Positions 63,001-64,000 of a DNA stretch of 64,000 nt are shown one piece after another. A program made the translations under genes and the position numbers. A model generated the notes under the pieces. The model worked only from the letters and a program-made list of their open reading frames with translations. It was not told where the DNA came from and did not search any database. Every line of letters begins with the position of its first letter. Positions within the stretch are counted from its first letter, which is position 1. The stretch is from Dicyema japonicum (Eukaryota; Animalia; Dicyemida), in contig RDEW01000001.1 of NCBI GenBank assembly GCA_011109175.1, positions 214,594-278,593 of the forward strand. The letters run 5' to 3'.

Positions 63001-64000
63001 CTAGTGTAAGCTCACTCTCAACCCGTTTCAACGCTATTGAAGCTTATTCGGTATTCCGCATTGGTCTTATTTTTATAAATCCGCACTCCGATGAGATCCC
63101 CAAGTGGGGACACTAATTGGTTGGGAAAGAAGCAACTCTACCCTGTAAGTTAGGTAATACATGTTGCTCTGGAATGTAGTAATAATTCATGCTAATAATC
63201 TGCTTTTCTGGGACAACCAATGGGAGGGAGATCCATTAATATGGGGATTCGAAAAGTTTGAAATCCACGCGGCAAGTGGACTCCCCGTTGTATTTTTTGA
63301 GTATAGTTATGTAATATCTTAACGTAAGTGATATCACAACCCTCTGTCTTTGAGCAAATAAAATCTCTTAAATGTATATTGGTCGCAGATTGTGACCTAT
63401 GAGTGAGTACTTTGTACTGAATCAGTAAATTTGAAGCAAAATAAAGTCAAGGACTTGTCGTTCATGTCAAATTGATAGTGTCCACTTTTTGGTGGACGGA
63501 ATATTCCCGATAGTCTGATACTCATGTCTCCCGTAGGAAGTTTTATGTTTCCAGACAATCCTCTAATCCTCCCATAGCCAGCATCCGCGGAAGTGTTGTT
63601 CTGTATCTCCCTTAAACTGGAAAAATTCGAAGAGGAGTTCCAATATTCTAACAGGAATCCTCGACTCCCTAAAATATCAAGGTTCAAGAAAACCGGAATA
63701 GAAGGTTCCGTTAAAGTCCTTATCCGCCTTACAAACAATTTTATGCTTATTGATGGATCTTATCGTGCATGTTCTCCCTGCATAAGTTATACATAGCGAT
63801 TCAACCCCCAACTAAAGCGACAGTGCTGTCATTGTAAAAGTTACGACCAAATATCGTCGAAATAGTACCTCCCTGTTGACTGCCCAAATTGGGGGTGATT
63901 CATGTTATTTCTACAATTAGGAATGCAGTAAACCCGCGTATGCCTCATACTGTCCGTATTTCAGATTATTGAATAGCATTACTGACTGAGAAATCGATCT
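51087..64000 (-). pseudogene. PKHD1L1: Fibrocystin-L (PKHD1L1)-like gene, disabled; 5' end outside the window
   Basis: IPT/TIG repeats (GSxxGGTxxTIxGxGF), PA14 (63400-63660), cupredoxin-like repeat, two G8 domains (about 57150-57540 and 54200-54620), PbH1 region (FRLGRYPIHFH, FFLEDG) and a C-terminal TM. Dozens of 21-30 nt introns. In-frame stops at 63900 (TGA), 61428 (TAG), 57625 (TAG) and 51213 (TGA), plus several frameshifts. Confidence 0.9.
61573..61795 (-). other. Kringle module (two exons) inside the fibrocystin-L-like gene
   Basis: DC...NYAG...KCQKW...FCRNPDG...PWCY...WEYCDIP. Introns at 61796-61824, 61675-61699 and 61550-61572. Confidence 0.9.

Noticed and set aside
51087-64000. Stop-codon reassignment or readthrough explaining in-frame TAG/TGA in fibrocystin-L
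   Set aside because: The stops are of two types and co-occur with frameshifts. CBP, ceramide synthase, globin and the 726-aa LINE ORF contain no internal stops, and genes end in TAA/TAG/TGA.

Overview
This is AT-rich eukaryotic DNA, not prokaryotic. The genes are animal-type and are split by extremely short GT-AG introns (19-31 nt, mostly 22-24 nt), which explains why the ORF track is fragmented. That intron size fits a miniaturised parasite genome such as a dicyemid or myxozoan (inference only). Host genes I could rebuild by hand are a CerS1-like ceramide synthase, a globin with an N-myristoylation motif, a very compact CBP/p300 acetyltransferase (about 798 aa, no KIX, autoinhibitory loop nearly deleted), four copies of a LAMP-domain membrane-protein family, several unknown spliced genes, and a ~13 kb fibrocystin-L (PKHD1L1)-like pseudogene that runs off the right end and carries an exon-shuffled kringle. 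Much of the rest is transposon sequence: RLE-type LINEs (R4/NeSL-like and CRE-like), APE-type LINEs (one with a 2A-like peptide, one with an open 726-aa ORF), pogo, hAT and Tc1 remnants, a long-TIR element, a tRNA-derived SINE, a 2.7 kb segmental duplication and a 21-bp minisatellite. Splice models and family calls come from manual translation and motif recall. No database search was run. Boundaries of degenerate elements are approximate.
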